A DNA stretch of 46,074 nucleotides, taken from contig WJMN01000027.1 in assembly GCA_014727925.1 (NCBI GenBank), positions 1-46,074 of the forward strand. Reading direction: 5' to 3'. This document shows positions 36,549 through 45,482 of this stretch, piece after piece; the stretch's first letter is position 1; the number at the start of each line of letters is the position of its first letter. Source of the DNA: Candidatus Micrarchaeota archaeon. Its GTDB lineage: Archaea; Micrarchaeota; Micrarchaeia; Anstonellales; Bilamarchaeaceae. The notes beneath the pieces are model-generated. The model was not told the DNA's origin. It was given only the letters and a program-made list of their open reading frames with translations, and searched no databases. Both the position numbers and the translations under genes were made by a program.

Positions 36549-38381
36549 CTACTTTTTCCTGCCGTTTTTCCTCCTCTCCACTGACTTAAGGTACTTTATT
36601 CTCGCCCTCAGCATTTCAAGGGCTTCAGGAGTGGTGATTTTTCCAATCAGTGCAGTACATGTTGGCCGGTTAATCCCGGTGCTTTCTTTACCCCCCAGCT
36701 CTACAAACACATGCGAGGGGGCCCGGTCAAATATTGCAAGGGGGTTTCCCTCCTTATCCTTTGCTGTTGCATATTCTTCAAAACCAACAAAGTGGTGCTC
36801 TCTTCCCTCTTTGTATTCTATAAGGGCAATGACTCCAGCAACACATTCACCGGGCCGGGTTATTACTGCTTGTTTTTTTGAGATTTCCCTCCTTCCCTTT
36901 CTCCTCTCCACAACTTCAACCCTTGCTACCCTTTCCTTCCTGCCATTTTCCTCCAAACCAGTCCAGCTGTTTCTGGTTATGGATGCTTCTACATTGTTTG
37001 CAAGTTCTTCTATCCTTCGTGACATTGCTTCTACAATTGCATCTGTAATCACATTCCCTACTTTCTTACCCCTAGAAAGCCTTCCTTTTGTGCATTCTTC
37101 CTGCAGCTCCCTGGTCCTTACCTGTATCTCTACCGGAATTTCCCTCTCTTCCCCCTTTTCCCCAACCAGCATCTTTATCTTGAGGTGGGGTGCCCTGTAA
37201 CCTGTTCTTCTTTTTCCGTATTTAAGCTCTTCAAGCTTTATTTTGCCCCTATATGCATTTCCAAGGTCCATTGCAAGGGCGCTTGCCGCCACCAAAGCAT
37301 CCTTGCTCTGCGGCTCCCTGGGGTTTTTCTTTGTTTTATCCACAACAACGGTTATCCCAAGAATGTCAGTAATGTGTTCCAGGCCAAACTTTTCCTCCCC
37401 CGATTTTCTTTTTTCCTTTATTTTCCGGAACATTCTTGAGGAGGATTTTACCCTTGAGCATTCCTCTGGGTCAATTGTCTGTGACTCAAGGCTGAGTTTC
37501 CATGAATATCTTTTTTCAGTTCTCCTAAGCGACCCGTGTATACTCCTCCTGCCCCCAAGAAGTATTTTCTGGGCCCTTTCTGCAAACGGGAGAATTTCCG
37601 CCCTGTACTCCTGACATTTTTTGTATAGCTCCCTGTCATTTTCCATGCCCTTGTAGTTGCCCAATTCCAATATAGTTTCAGTTGCCACTCGTCCTATCTC
37701 ACCGATTGTTTCTGCAGTCATTCCCAGGGTTTCTGCAATAGGATAATGGACCATCTCCAGGGCCTTTCCTGTTTCCAGCTTCTCTTCCTTTCCAAGCTCC
37801 CCCCTGATTCCAAAATATTTTACATGCATCTGCCTGGCAACCAGCACGGGCACAGGGAATTCCCCATCCTGCAGGGGCTCAGCATAGAGCACCCCATATT
37901 CTTTTTCCCCTTCACCTGCCCTAAGTTTGTCCAGTTCTTCAATCATCTGGTATTTTTCCCACAGGGATTTTGTCCTTTCCCTGTATCCCAGAATAGTGTT
38001 TTGTCTCGTGTCTGCCATCTCTTCCCCATGCCTCGCATAAATCAGCGCATTTCTGATTTCTTCATCCCCAAAAAGCCTCTGGATTCTTTTATCAAGTTCT
38101 TCTAGGAATCTGTCTGCACCATTTTTCCCAAGGCATACCATAGCAGATAGGGCGCACGCAGCCAGCCCCTCTCGTATTCCCCTGGGGCCATATCCCCCAG
38201 GCTCAAACAGGCCCCTCATCTCCTCTATCATCCCTTCTGTTTTTTCTTTTCTTTCGCCTGCAATTTTATCCAGTGCATTGCGGTATGCCTTCATTAGCCT
38301 CCCAAATGCCTTCTCCTGCTGCTTTACTAGTGACTTTGGGGGACGGGATGGTCGCGTTGCCCGTTTTCTCCTGGGTGGCAT
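36549..38381 (-). CDS. Divergent long RelA/SpoT homologue: degenerate HD plus (p)ppGpp-synthetase-like domain plus unknown or TGS-like C-terminus
   Basis: HYPIAETLGM (YAPLA.RLG-like), RVK...RK, ITDILGI, TGYRAPH, PVEIQVRT. The N-half has remnants LMKAY, LAACALSAMV (HD lost) and IQRLFGDE. Confidence 0.75.
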   Translation of the reverse strand: MPPRRKRATRPSRPPKSLVKQQEKAFGRLMKAYRNALDKIAGERKEKTEGMIEEMRGLFEPGGYGPRGIREGLAACALSAMVCLGKNGADRFLEELDKRIQRLFGDEEIRNALIYARHGEEMADTRQNTILGYRERTKSLWEKYQMIEELDKLRAGEGEKEYGVLYAEPLQDGEFPVPVLVARQMHVKYFGIRGELGKEEKLETGKALEMVHYPIAETLGMTAETIGEIGRVATETILELGNYKGMENDRELYKKCQEYRAEILPFAERAQKILLGGRRSIHGSLRRTEKRYSWKLSLESQTIDPEECSRVKSSSRMFRKIKEKRKSGEEKFGLEHITDILGITVVVDKTKKNPREPQSKDALVAASALAMDLGNAYRGKIKLEELKYGKRRTGYRAPHLKIKMLVGEKGEEREIPVEIQVRTRELQEECTKGRLSRGKKVGNVITDAIVEAMSRRIEELANNVEASITRNSWTGLEENGRKERVARVEVVERRKGRREISKKQAVITRPGECVAGVIALIEYKEGREHHFVGFEEYATAKDKEGNPLAIFDRAPSHVFVELGGKESTGINRPTCTALIGKITTPEALEMLRARIKYLKSVERRKNGRKK

Positions 38382-38437
38382 AAATTATAATTACGTGTAA
38401 AATAGTTTATATAGCTTTTCCTCCCCATAATTTTCCT

Positions 38438-39328
38438 GTGAAAACCTACATTACCGGAGCCACTGGCCGCCTCGGCCATTCTGTCCTTGAGCAAATAAAC
38501 GCAATCCCGCTTGTCCGTAAAAAATCCGGGCTCGCAAAGGAAGTGCTTACTGATTTCTCAGAGCATTCCCTGAAAAAAATCCTGAAGGGCACAACCCACA
38601 TCGTCCACCTCGCAGGCTCAGTTAAAACCTGGGACAGGAATGCACTTGAGCAGGCAAACGTGGAGCTTACCCGCTGCATCGTGAATGCTTCCCCTGAAAA
38701 CTGCCACATAGTATTTGCCAGCTCAATTTCTGTATATGGAAAAAAGCTCGCGGAAATCCCTGCAGATGAAGAAACCCCCACAAGCCCGGATTCAGATTAC
38801 GCCCGCACCAAGCTGGAAGCCGAGCAATTAGTAAAGCAAAAGAAAAAGCACACAATACTCCGCATTGGCACGCTCTATGGCCCCCAGTTCCAAGACTATT
38901 TCAATGTGCTCCGCATGATTGAGAAGGGAAAGATGAAAATCTTCGGAGATGGCTCCAACCGCATCTCCTTTATCCACTCAGAGGATTGCGCAGCCGTTTT
39001 CCCAAAGGCCCTCAAGAAAACAGGCACGTATGTTCTTGCCGGCCCTCCCGCAACCCAGCGCCAGATTTACACTTATGCAGCACGCGCACTTGGCGTGATC
39101 CCCCCTAATTCCACCCTCCCGGTTTGGGCAGGAATGCTCCTTGCACGCATCCAGGAGCTCAGGGGCAGCCCCAGGCTCACCCGCGAACACATCTCAATTC
39201 TTTCCGCAGACCGGGTTTTCGACTATTCAAAAGCCCAGCAGGAGCTCGGCTTCTCCCCCCGCCCCATAAAACGGGGGATAGAGGAGATGGTTTCCGAATA
39301 TTTGGGAAGGAAAACCCAAAACAAATAG
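38438..39328 (+). CDS. NAD-dependent epimerase/dehydratase (extended SDR)
   Basis: ITGATGRLG, HLAG, SSISVYG, YARTK, LYGP. Confidence 0.9.
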   Translation: MKTYITGATGRLGHSVLEQINAIPLVRKKSGLAKEVLTDFSEHSLKKILKGTTHIVHLAGSVKTWDRNALEQANVELTRCIVNASPENCHIVFASSISVYGKKLAEIPADEETPTSPDSDYARTKLEAEQLVKQKKKHTILRIGTLYGPQFQDYFNVLRMIEKGKMKIFGDGSNRISFIHSEDCAAVFPKALKKTGTYVLAGPPATQRQIYTYAARALGVIPPNSTLPVWAGMLLARIQELRGSPRLTREHISILSADRVFDYSKAQQELGFSPRPIKRGIEEMVSEYLGRKTQNK

Positions 39329-39368
39329 TTATAAAGGCAATTTACGCTAATTTAGAGGGAGGTTTACC

Positions 39369-40121
39369 ATGAAAGTAGAAGATTATATTCACGAAAAGCT
39401 TGAAGAGCACAAGGCACTGCTCTTCTCGGTCCTAGACCCCCTAGACTACCCCTCGCTTGAGGATGCAATAAAAACAGCCAAGAACATGGATGAAGGAGGC
39501 GCAGACATCCTCTTAATCGGAGGAAGCACCGGGGTGCAGGGCGAAATGCTCGACCAGCTAACAAATCAGGTAAAGGAAAGCGTGGATGTTCCGGTAGTTT
39601 TCTTCCCCGGAAATATTGGAACTGTTTCCAAGTACGGTGATGCTGTCTACTTTATGTCCCTTCTCAATTCCCGCAACCCCTATTGGATTACTGGGGCCCA
39701 GACCCTTGCCGCCCCCATGGTAAAGCAATATGGAATTGAGCCTCTTCCCGTAGGCTACATGGTTGTTGAGCCCGGAGGCACAGTGGGCTGGGTAGGAGAG
39801 GCAAACAAGATACCCCGCAACAAGCCCAAGCTCGCAGCCGCAACCGCCCTGGCCGCCCAGTACATGGGCTTCAGGCTAGTAGTTACTGATGCAGGAAGCA
39901 ACCCCAAGGAGGGCCACATCCCCCTGGAGATGGTTAGTGCAGTCTCCTCCACAATCGATGTTCCCTACATAGTTGCAGGGGGAATTCGCAATCCTGAAGA
40001 GGCAAAATCCGTAATCAAAGCAGGAGCAGACATTGTCCAGGTGGGCACTTCCTTTGAGAAGAATGGCGGAGCAGATGCAGTAAAGAAATTCGTAAGCGCA
40101 GTGAGGGAGGGCAAAAAATGA
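39369..40121 (+). CDS. Geranylgeranylglyceryl phosphate synthase
   Basis: LDP, IGGSTG, FPG, MSLLNSRNPYWITGAQ, GYMVVEPG, GGGIR-like AGGIR. Confidence 0.93.
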   Translation: MKVEDYIHEKLEEHKALLFSVLDPLDYPSLEDAIKTAKNMDEGGADILLIGGSTGVQGEMLDQLTNQVKESVDVPVVFFPGNIGTVSKYGDAVYFMSLLNSRNPYWITGAQTLAAPMVKQYGIEPLPVGYMVVEPGGTVGWVGEANKIPRNKPKLAAATALAAQYMGFRLVVTDAGSNPKEGHIPLEMVSAVSSTIDVPYIVAGGIRNPEEAKSVIKAGADIVQVGTSFEKNGGADAVKKFVSAVREGKK

Positions 40122-40768
40122 ACCCGGAATTCATTGAATTCCTTGTAAAAGAAGCCGCCCTGAAGTTTGGCGATTTTACTCTCAAAAGCGGAAGGAAGTC
40201 CCCCTATTTTGTAAACACGGGAGTAATCTGCACAGGGGAAGGCCTGGACAAACTGGGCAGGTTTTTCGCGTCTTCTATAATGAAGCATGGACCCGCCCCA
40301 ATAATCTACGGCCCAGCATACAAGGGAATTCCGCTTGCAGTTGCAGCCTCAATCTCCCTTTTTCGGGACCATAGCACCCCAAACAGCTGGCTCTTCAACC
40401 GCAAGGAGGTAAAGGCCCATGGGGACAAGGGCGCCTTTGTAGGAAATCTCCCCCAGGAAGGCGAAGAAGTGATCCTCATAGATGATGTGTTCACAACCGG
40501 AGGCACAAAATATGAATCCGTAGAGCTTCTCCAATCCATGGGGGCAAAGGTAAAGTCCCTCATAATAGGAGTAGACCGGGAGGAGAAAGGAGAATCCAAA
40601 AATGCAGTTGAAGAGTTTATTGAAAAAACCAAAATCCCGGTCCACTCAATTGCAAAAATTTCAGATTGCTTTGAGTATCTTAGAGGAAAGGAAATTGCCG
40701 GAAAGGTCCACGTAACTGATGAGCTCTATGCTGCCTTCCAGGAATACAGGGATGAATATGGAAAATGA
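40118..40768 (+). CDS. pyrE: Orotate phosphoribosyltransferase
   Basis: FGDFTLKSGRKSPYF, GPAYKGIPLA, RKEVKAHG, IDDVFTTG. Confidence 0.95.
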   Translation: MNPEFIEFLVKEAALKFGDFTLKSGRKSPYFVNTGVICTGEGLDKLGRFFASSIMKHGPAPIIYGPAYKGIPLAVAASISLFRDHSTPNSWLFNRKEVKAHGDKGAFVGNLPQEGEEVILIDDVFTTGGTKYESVELLQSMGAKVKSLIIGVDREEKGESKNAVEEFIEKTKIPVHSIAKISDCFEYLRGKEIAGKVHVTDELYAAFQEYRDEYGK

Positions 40769-41519
40769 AAAGCTCAAGAGATTGGCAGAGGAAACAAAAA
40801 GCATCCTCTGTTTCGGAATAGACCCGGTAAAATCCCGCATGAAAGATGAAATCGTCCCATATTTCTCAGAAATTGCTGATTCCCTCCTTGAGGAAAACCT
40901 GATTTCTGCAATCAAGCCCAATTATGCATATTTTGCAGCAGAAGGCTTTGACGGGTTGTTCGCGCTCAAAGAACTAATCGACCGCTACAAGCCCAAAACA
41001 TTCGTAATCCTTGATGCAAAGCGCGGAGATATAGGCAAGTCCAGCGAGGCATACGCTTCAGAAGTATATGATTTTTGGGGCGCGGATGCAGTAACCATCT
41101 CCCCATACATGGGAGAGGATTCTGTAAAGCCTTTCTTCAGAGAAGGGAGGCTCCCATACCTGCTGGGCCGCACAAGCAATCCGGGCGCAAGGGATTTCCA
41201 GGAACCAGACATATACAAGGAAGTTTTCCGCAAGGCAGGAGAGTGGGGAGCCGGCCTTGTAGTAGGCGCAACAAGCGAAGCAATTCCCGAAGCAGTAAGC
41301 CTTGCAGGCAAGGAAACGCCCCTGCTTATCCCGGGAATAGGCGCCCAGGGAGGCTCGTTTGCACCCCTTTCTGCACTTAAGGAAAACCCGTTTATCCATC
41401 GAGTAAATTCCTCCTCTGCAATTGCATATGCCCATGAAAAGGAGAAAATATCCCCGAAGGAAGCAGCAAAAAAGGAAGCAAAGAAAACCCTAGAAAGGAT
41501 AAACTCCCAATTATTCTGA
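40752..41519 (+). CDS. pyrF: Orotidine-5'-phosphate decarboxylase (subfamily 2)
   Basis: GIDP, KPNYAYF, DAKRGDIG, SPYMG, TSNPG, VVGAT, PGIGAQGG. Confidence 0.94.
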   Translation: MNMENEKLKRLAEETKSILCFGIDPVKSRMKDEIVPYFSEIADSLLEENLISAIKPNYAYFAAEGFDGLFALKELIDRYKPKTFVILDAKRGDIGKSSEAYASEVYDFWGADAVTISPYMGEDSVKPFFREGRLPYLLGRTSNPGARDFQEPDIYKEVFRKAGEWGAGLVVGATSEAIPEAVSLAGKETPLLIPGIGAQGGSFAPLSALKENPFIHRVNSSSAIAYAHEKEKISPKEAAKKEAKKTLERINSQLF

Positions 41520-42293
41520 ACTCCTTGTCATAATATATGAAATGGCAGCAACAAACGAAAAGAGAAAAGCCCCCCCGCCAAACACAAGCGCATTTAGCAG
41601 GAAAAGCCCTTCTATTGAGGACTGGACATAAGGAAGCGCAGACCTTAGCACAGCCAGTTCAAATTCCCCCCTAACATAATTCTCTGCCTGCCCCTCAATC
41701 AGCCAGGGAACTAGGAAAAAGCAGAGCACGCTCAGCACCACGAACCCCATTCCCCACATCCCGCTCATAAGAGAATAGTAAAATATGCCTTTGGGTATGG
41801 TGGTTGTTCCAAAATATATGATTGCAAACGCGAAAAACGCAAGTACCATCCCGATTAAAGCGAGCGGAATCCATGCATCTGCTATGCGGGAGATTTCCGG
41901 TCCGTAACGTAGCGTATACTCATCCACCTTCTGCGAAACAACCTTTCTTGCAAGGTAGTGGCGCAGCTCTTCTGTATTCTGCACCAGGCCCTGCTCTATT
42001 ACCCCGCAAACATAATCATCTGTAATCCCCTCTGACTCAAAGTCCATGTCCAGGTTTTCCCGGTACGCACAGTAGTTTACTGAACTCTGATATGTCATAG
42101 CCTCAAGCTCGGGATAGTGGCTTAGCACGAGGGGAATAATTTTTTCCGGAAGCCGGACTTTGATTGTGGCGGCAACTTCATTCTTCAATCCCGGAAGCTG
42201 GAACAGGCTTAGACCTCCCCAAACCATCAGCTGGGCAACAATAAGCATAATGCCCGCTGCACCAACAAGCAAAGGGTTCCTCATTGCCACCAT
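41511..42293 (-). CDS. Hypothetical membrane protein (about 4 TM helices, extracellular domain with two Cys)
   Basis: Hydrophobic segments at the N-terminus and in the C-terminal half. Confidence 0.7.
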   Translation of the reverse strand: MVAMRNPLLVGAAGIMLIVAQLMVWGGLSLFQLPGLKNEVAATIKVRLPEKIIPLVLSHYPELEAMTYQSSVNYCAYRENLDMDFESEGITDDYVCGVIEQGLVQNTEELRHYLARKVVSQKVDEYTLRYGPEISRIADAWIPLALIGMVLAFFAFAIIYFGTTTIPKGIFYYSLMSGMWGMGFVVLSVLCFFLVPWLIEGQAENYVRGEFELAVLRSALPYVQSSIEGLFLLNALVFGGGAFLFSFVAAISYIMTRSSE

Positions 42294-42336
42294 TTTCCAA
42301 GCCAAGCTATAAAAATTATGGGAATGAATTCAGCCC

Positions 42337-43089
42337 ATGAACCCACTCCTCCGGAAGCTAAATCTCCCGAAAAAGGATTCCCACAAAGCTGAGAATGGAA
42401 AGCTGCTTGTGGTGGGAGGGGGCAGAGAGTACCACGGTGCCCCCTTTTTTTCAATAAACGCGGCAAAACGCTTCTGCGACCTTGTTTATTTTATGCCCGG
42501 CTCACCCGCCCCAAATATCCTTCATTCCATCCGCAACATACCCGAAGCCATAATCTCTTCAGGTTTTCCCGATGCTGACTGCGCACTGTATGGCCCAGGG
42601 CTGGGAAGCTCGAAGTTTCCCTTTTCAAAGGTGAGCGAACGCTATGAAAAAATTGTAATAGACGGGGATGGGCTCAGGAAAATCCGCAGGAATTCCCTGG
42701 AAGGATGCATTCTCACCCCACACGAAAAGGAATTCGAGGACCTTTCCGGCGCCCCCGCAACGCCCAAAGAAGTGAAGCGGTTTGCAGCGGAAAATTCCTG
42801 CACTATCCTGAAAAAAGGAAAAGTTGACATTATCACCGATGGAAAAAAGATGGTTAAAAACAGGAAGGGGAATGCCGGGATGACTAAAGGGGGGACAGGA
42901 GATGTCCTTTCAGGCTTGACTGCTGCCCTATTCTGCATGAACTCCCCGCTTGTTGCAGCAGCCTCAGCCGCATTCCTTACAGGGTATGCAGGAGACCTTC
43001 TTTTCAAAAAGCAAAAATACGCCTACTGCGCTTCCGACCTCGCAGAAGCGCTTCCACTTGCTTTCAAAAAAGCGCTGGAGAAGCAGTAG
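42337..43089 (+). CDS. nnrD: ADP-dependent NAD(P)H-hydrate dehydratase
   Basis: DSHKAENG, VVGG..YHGAP, GPGLG, IDGDGL, LTPHEKEF, GGTGDVLSG. Confidence 0.92.
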   Translation: MNPLLRKLNLPKKDSHKAENGKLLVVGGGREYHGAPFFSINAAKRFCDLVYFMPGSPAPNILHSIRNIPEAIISSGFPDADCALYGPGLGSSKFPFSKVSERYEKIVIDGDGLRKIRRNSLEGCILTPHEKEFEDLSGAPATPKEVKRFAAENSCTILKKGKVDIITDGKKMVKNRKGNAGMTKGGTGDVLSGLTAALFCMNSPLVAAASAAFLTGYAGDLLFKKQKYAYCASDLAEALPLAFKKALEKQ

Positions 43090-43097
43090 AACACTAT

Positions 43098-44420
43098 TTA
43101 GCCTACTCTTATCTTTTTTACCCGCACATGCGGCCCCCCGTCACTGACCCGCACATTCTGCCCATCCTTTCCGCAGAATCCAGGGGAGATTCCAAAGTCT
43201 TTTCCCACCCCATCTACTTCATGAAGTGTCTGGAGGATTGTTCCGGTTATAGACACTGCCCGTATTCTCTTTCCTTTTTCTCCTTCTTGCACGGGGAATG
43301 CCTCCTCACATCTGAACATGAACTGGCCGGTAAAGGGGTCCACGCTTCCCCCGCTCATCCCCTTAAGGTAAAGTCCTTCCTTAATGTCCATCAGTTCCCC
43401 CAGCCTTTCCTCTCCGGGCTCAATGCAGGTGTTGCTCATCCTCACAACCGGCCCGTAGCTGTAGGATTCTGCCCTTGCATGTCCGTTTGGCTCTTCACCC
43501 AGCTCTTCTGCGGTTTCAAGGGAGTGGAGCCTGCCTGCAACCACACCCTTTTTTATCAGCTCAACCCTCTTCCCCATTACCCCCTCACTGTCAAACTTGT
43601 ACTTCCCGAACCCATTTTCCAAAGACGGGTCGTCCCAGATGGTTATCATCTCTGAGCCAATCTTCTTTCCTGCCTTGTCTCCTAATATTGAAGCTCCGTC
43701 AATTATGCCGTCCGCTTCGCAGGCGTGCCCCACAGCTTCATGGGCAAATACACCTGCAAGGTCATTATCCATTATTATGGTGTAAACTCCCGGCTTCGCA
43801 GGTTCTGCATCAAGCGATTCTTCACATTTTCTTTTTGCCTCTGCTGCATGCCAGAAGAGTTTTTCCCTGTCCCATTTTTTCAGGGAGCTGTACCTTTCTC
43901 TGCCATCTTCTATCCGCTCCCCCTTCTTGCCCACAGCAGAAAACCTGCCGTAGATTATAGTAGTTTCTGCGATTATTTCCGCCCCCAGCGAATTGTAATA
44001 TTCCTCTGCGTTGGTCTCTTCAAATAGCCCCACGGTGCGGTTTTTTATCCTTCCCCCTTCCATCTCTTTCCCCAGTTCCCCGGAAAGTTCCACCAGTTCT
44101 TCTGCCCCTATTTTGTTGCTTGATTTTTTCTTTTCTGATTTTGGACAGGCGCCCCTCTCTGCCAGTTTCAGGTTTCCCCTGCCCAGTGCAGCCAGTTTTT
44201 TTGCACTCTTGAGCAATTCCTCCATTTTTTCCGGATTCCCTGAGGCAAACCCCCAGCACCCATTTTTGAATACCCTTACGCTTCCCCCGGCACCAGTTCC
44301 TGAGTTTGTCTGGATTTCCCCATCCTTGAACCTGCTGTTTGAAAACTCAAGGCGCTCCACCCTCGCCTCGCAAAAATCCTTTTCTTTTTCAAGAATTGAG
44401 AGGATGGCATCTGGGTCCAT
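43098..44420 (-). CDS. tldD: TldD-family metalloprotease
   Basis: WGFAS, HEAVGH (HExxGH), DDP, FDSEG, RMSNT, GFCGKDGQ, GGPH. Confidence 0.92.
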   Translation of the reverse strand: MDPDAILSILEKEKDFCEARVERLEFSNSRFKDGEIQTNSGTGAGGSVRVFKNGCWGFASGNPEKMEELLKSAKKLAALGRGNLKLAERGACPKSEKKKSSNKIGAEELVELSGELGKEMEGGRIKNRTVGLFEETNAEEYYNSLGAEIIAETTIIYGRFSAVGKKGERIEDGRERYSSLKKWDREKLFWHAAEAKRKCEESLDAEPAKPGVYTIIMDNDLAGVFAHEAVGHACEADGIIDGASILGDKAGKKIGSEMITIWDDPSLENGFGKYKFDSEGVMGKRVELIKKGVVAGRLHSLETAEELGEEPNGHARAESYSYGPVVRMSNTCIEPGEERLGELMDIKEGLYLKGMSGGSVDPFTGQFMFRCEEAFPVQEGEKGKRIRAVSITGTILQTLHEVDGVGKDFGISPGFCGKDGQNVRVSDGGPHVRVKKIRVG

Positions 44421-44743
44421 TATTCTCCAGCTCCCCTGGTTCCTGTCCCGATGATGCCCTTATAGAATGCGTACTGTTCCCTGTTTTTTATAAGCACAAG
44501 AAGCACCCCTTCATGCAGCCGCTTCAGCACAATGTTTCCACGGTCGGTGGTTGCCACCAGCTCGCTTGCGCTTTCTCCTGCCTGCCTCAGCAGGCCATCT
44601 CCAACGTTGAATGCAGATGCGGCCTGGGTTTCAACTCCGCTTTCCATACCGAAATTAGAAGCAATTCTTGAGCCGTCCAGTGCAAGCACTGCCGCCATAA
44701 TGTCCCTTTCCTTGAGCTTGTCTAGAAGATTCTGGTAATTCAT
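44420..44743 (-). CDS. Roadblock/LC7 domain protein
   Basis: AAVLALDGSRIAS; length and predicted alpha/beta pattern fit the roadblock fold. Confidence 0.75.
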   Translation of the reverse strand: MNYQNLLDKLKERDIMAAVLALDGSRIASNFGMESGVETQAASAFNVGDGLLRQAGESASELVATTDRGNIVLKRLHEGVLLVLIKNREQYAFYKGIIGTGTRGAGE

Positions 44744-45448
44744 TTACTCCACCTCCACACCCAGGGACCCTACTTTCAGGGGTATAGGTATTGGCAGCCT
44801 CTTTCCCGTGAGATCCATCATTTTTCCCTTGCTTTCTAGCAGGTATTCCTCGTCTGTGCTGTGCCTGAGGGTAGTCATGAACTTTTTTTCGTGCATCCCC
44901 TCTTCAACAAGCAGGAGGATTGTCCCATTGCCTCTTTTCACCCTCTCTTCCACCGACTGCAGAAACTTGAATAGCGAATCCTGCTGGTTGTATAGTGCAA
45001 ATGTGGAAAAAGTGTGGAACACCAGCCGTATGCGCCCCTCCTGGTTCTGCCTGAGTATCTCGCTTATATAAAGGGAAATCTCGTTAAGTGCCCCCGGCCC
45101 ACTGACATCATAAACATTGTTCATGCCGGTGGTTTTTCCCTTGCTGTAGCAGTTTATGTAATACAGCTGCCCCGGGCCCTTGAAGTGGAGACCCCATCCT
45201 GCTGCGGTCTTTTCCACTTCCTTTGGTTCCTTGTCTGTAGTTATGTAGATTATGGTATCCCGCTGGTCCATTCCCCTGTTTACAAAATGGGATGCAAAAC
45301 ACTGCTTTTCTGAACCAGAGGGCGCAGTAAGCATTATTGTTGCGGGATGCTTGTATCCCCCCTCAAGCATAAGATCCAGGGCACGTATACCCGTGCTTAT
45401 CCTGTCTTTTCTGTAAAACGGAAGCTCCTTTTCGCTCATGCCCCCCAT
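44744..45448 (-). CDS. KaiC/RAD55-like protein with degenerate Walker motifs
   Basis: RISTGIRALDLMLEGG, APSGSEK (Walker A degenerate), IYITT, LVFHTFS (Walker B Asp replaced). Confidence 0.8.
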   Translation of the reverse strand: MGGMSEKELPFYRKDRISTGIRALDLMLEGGYKHPATIMLTAPSGSEKQCFASHFVNRGMDQRDTIIYITTDKEPKEVEKTAAGWGLHFKGPGQLYYINCYSKGKTTGMNNVYDVSGPGALNEISLYISEILRQNQEGRIRLVFHTFSTFALYNQQDSLFKFLQSVEERVKRGNGTILLLVEEGMHEKKFMTTLRHSTDEEYLLESKGKMMDLTGKRLPIPIPLKVGSLGVEVE

Positions 45449-45482
45449 TTCACAGGGGAAATTTAAAAGCTTCCCTCTGGGC

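Noticed and set aside
38373-38402. dif-like sequence GGGTGGCATAA-attataa-TTACGTGTAAA
   Set aside because: The spacer length and right arm fit poorly, and the sequence is already explained by the RSH start codon and an AT-rich bidirectional promoter.
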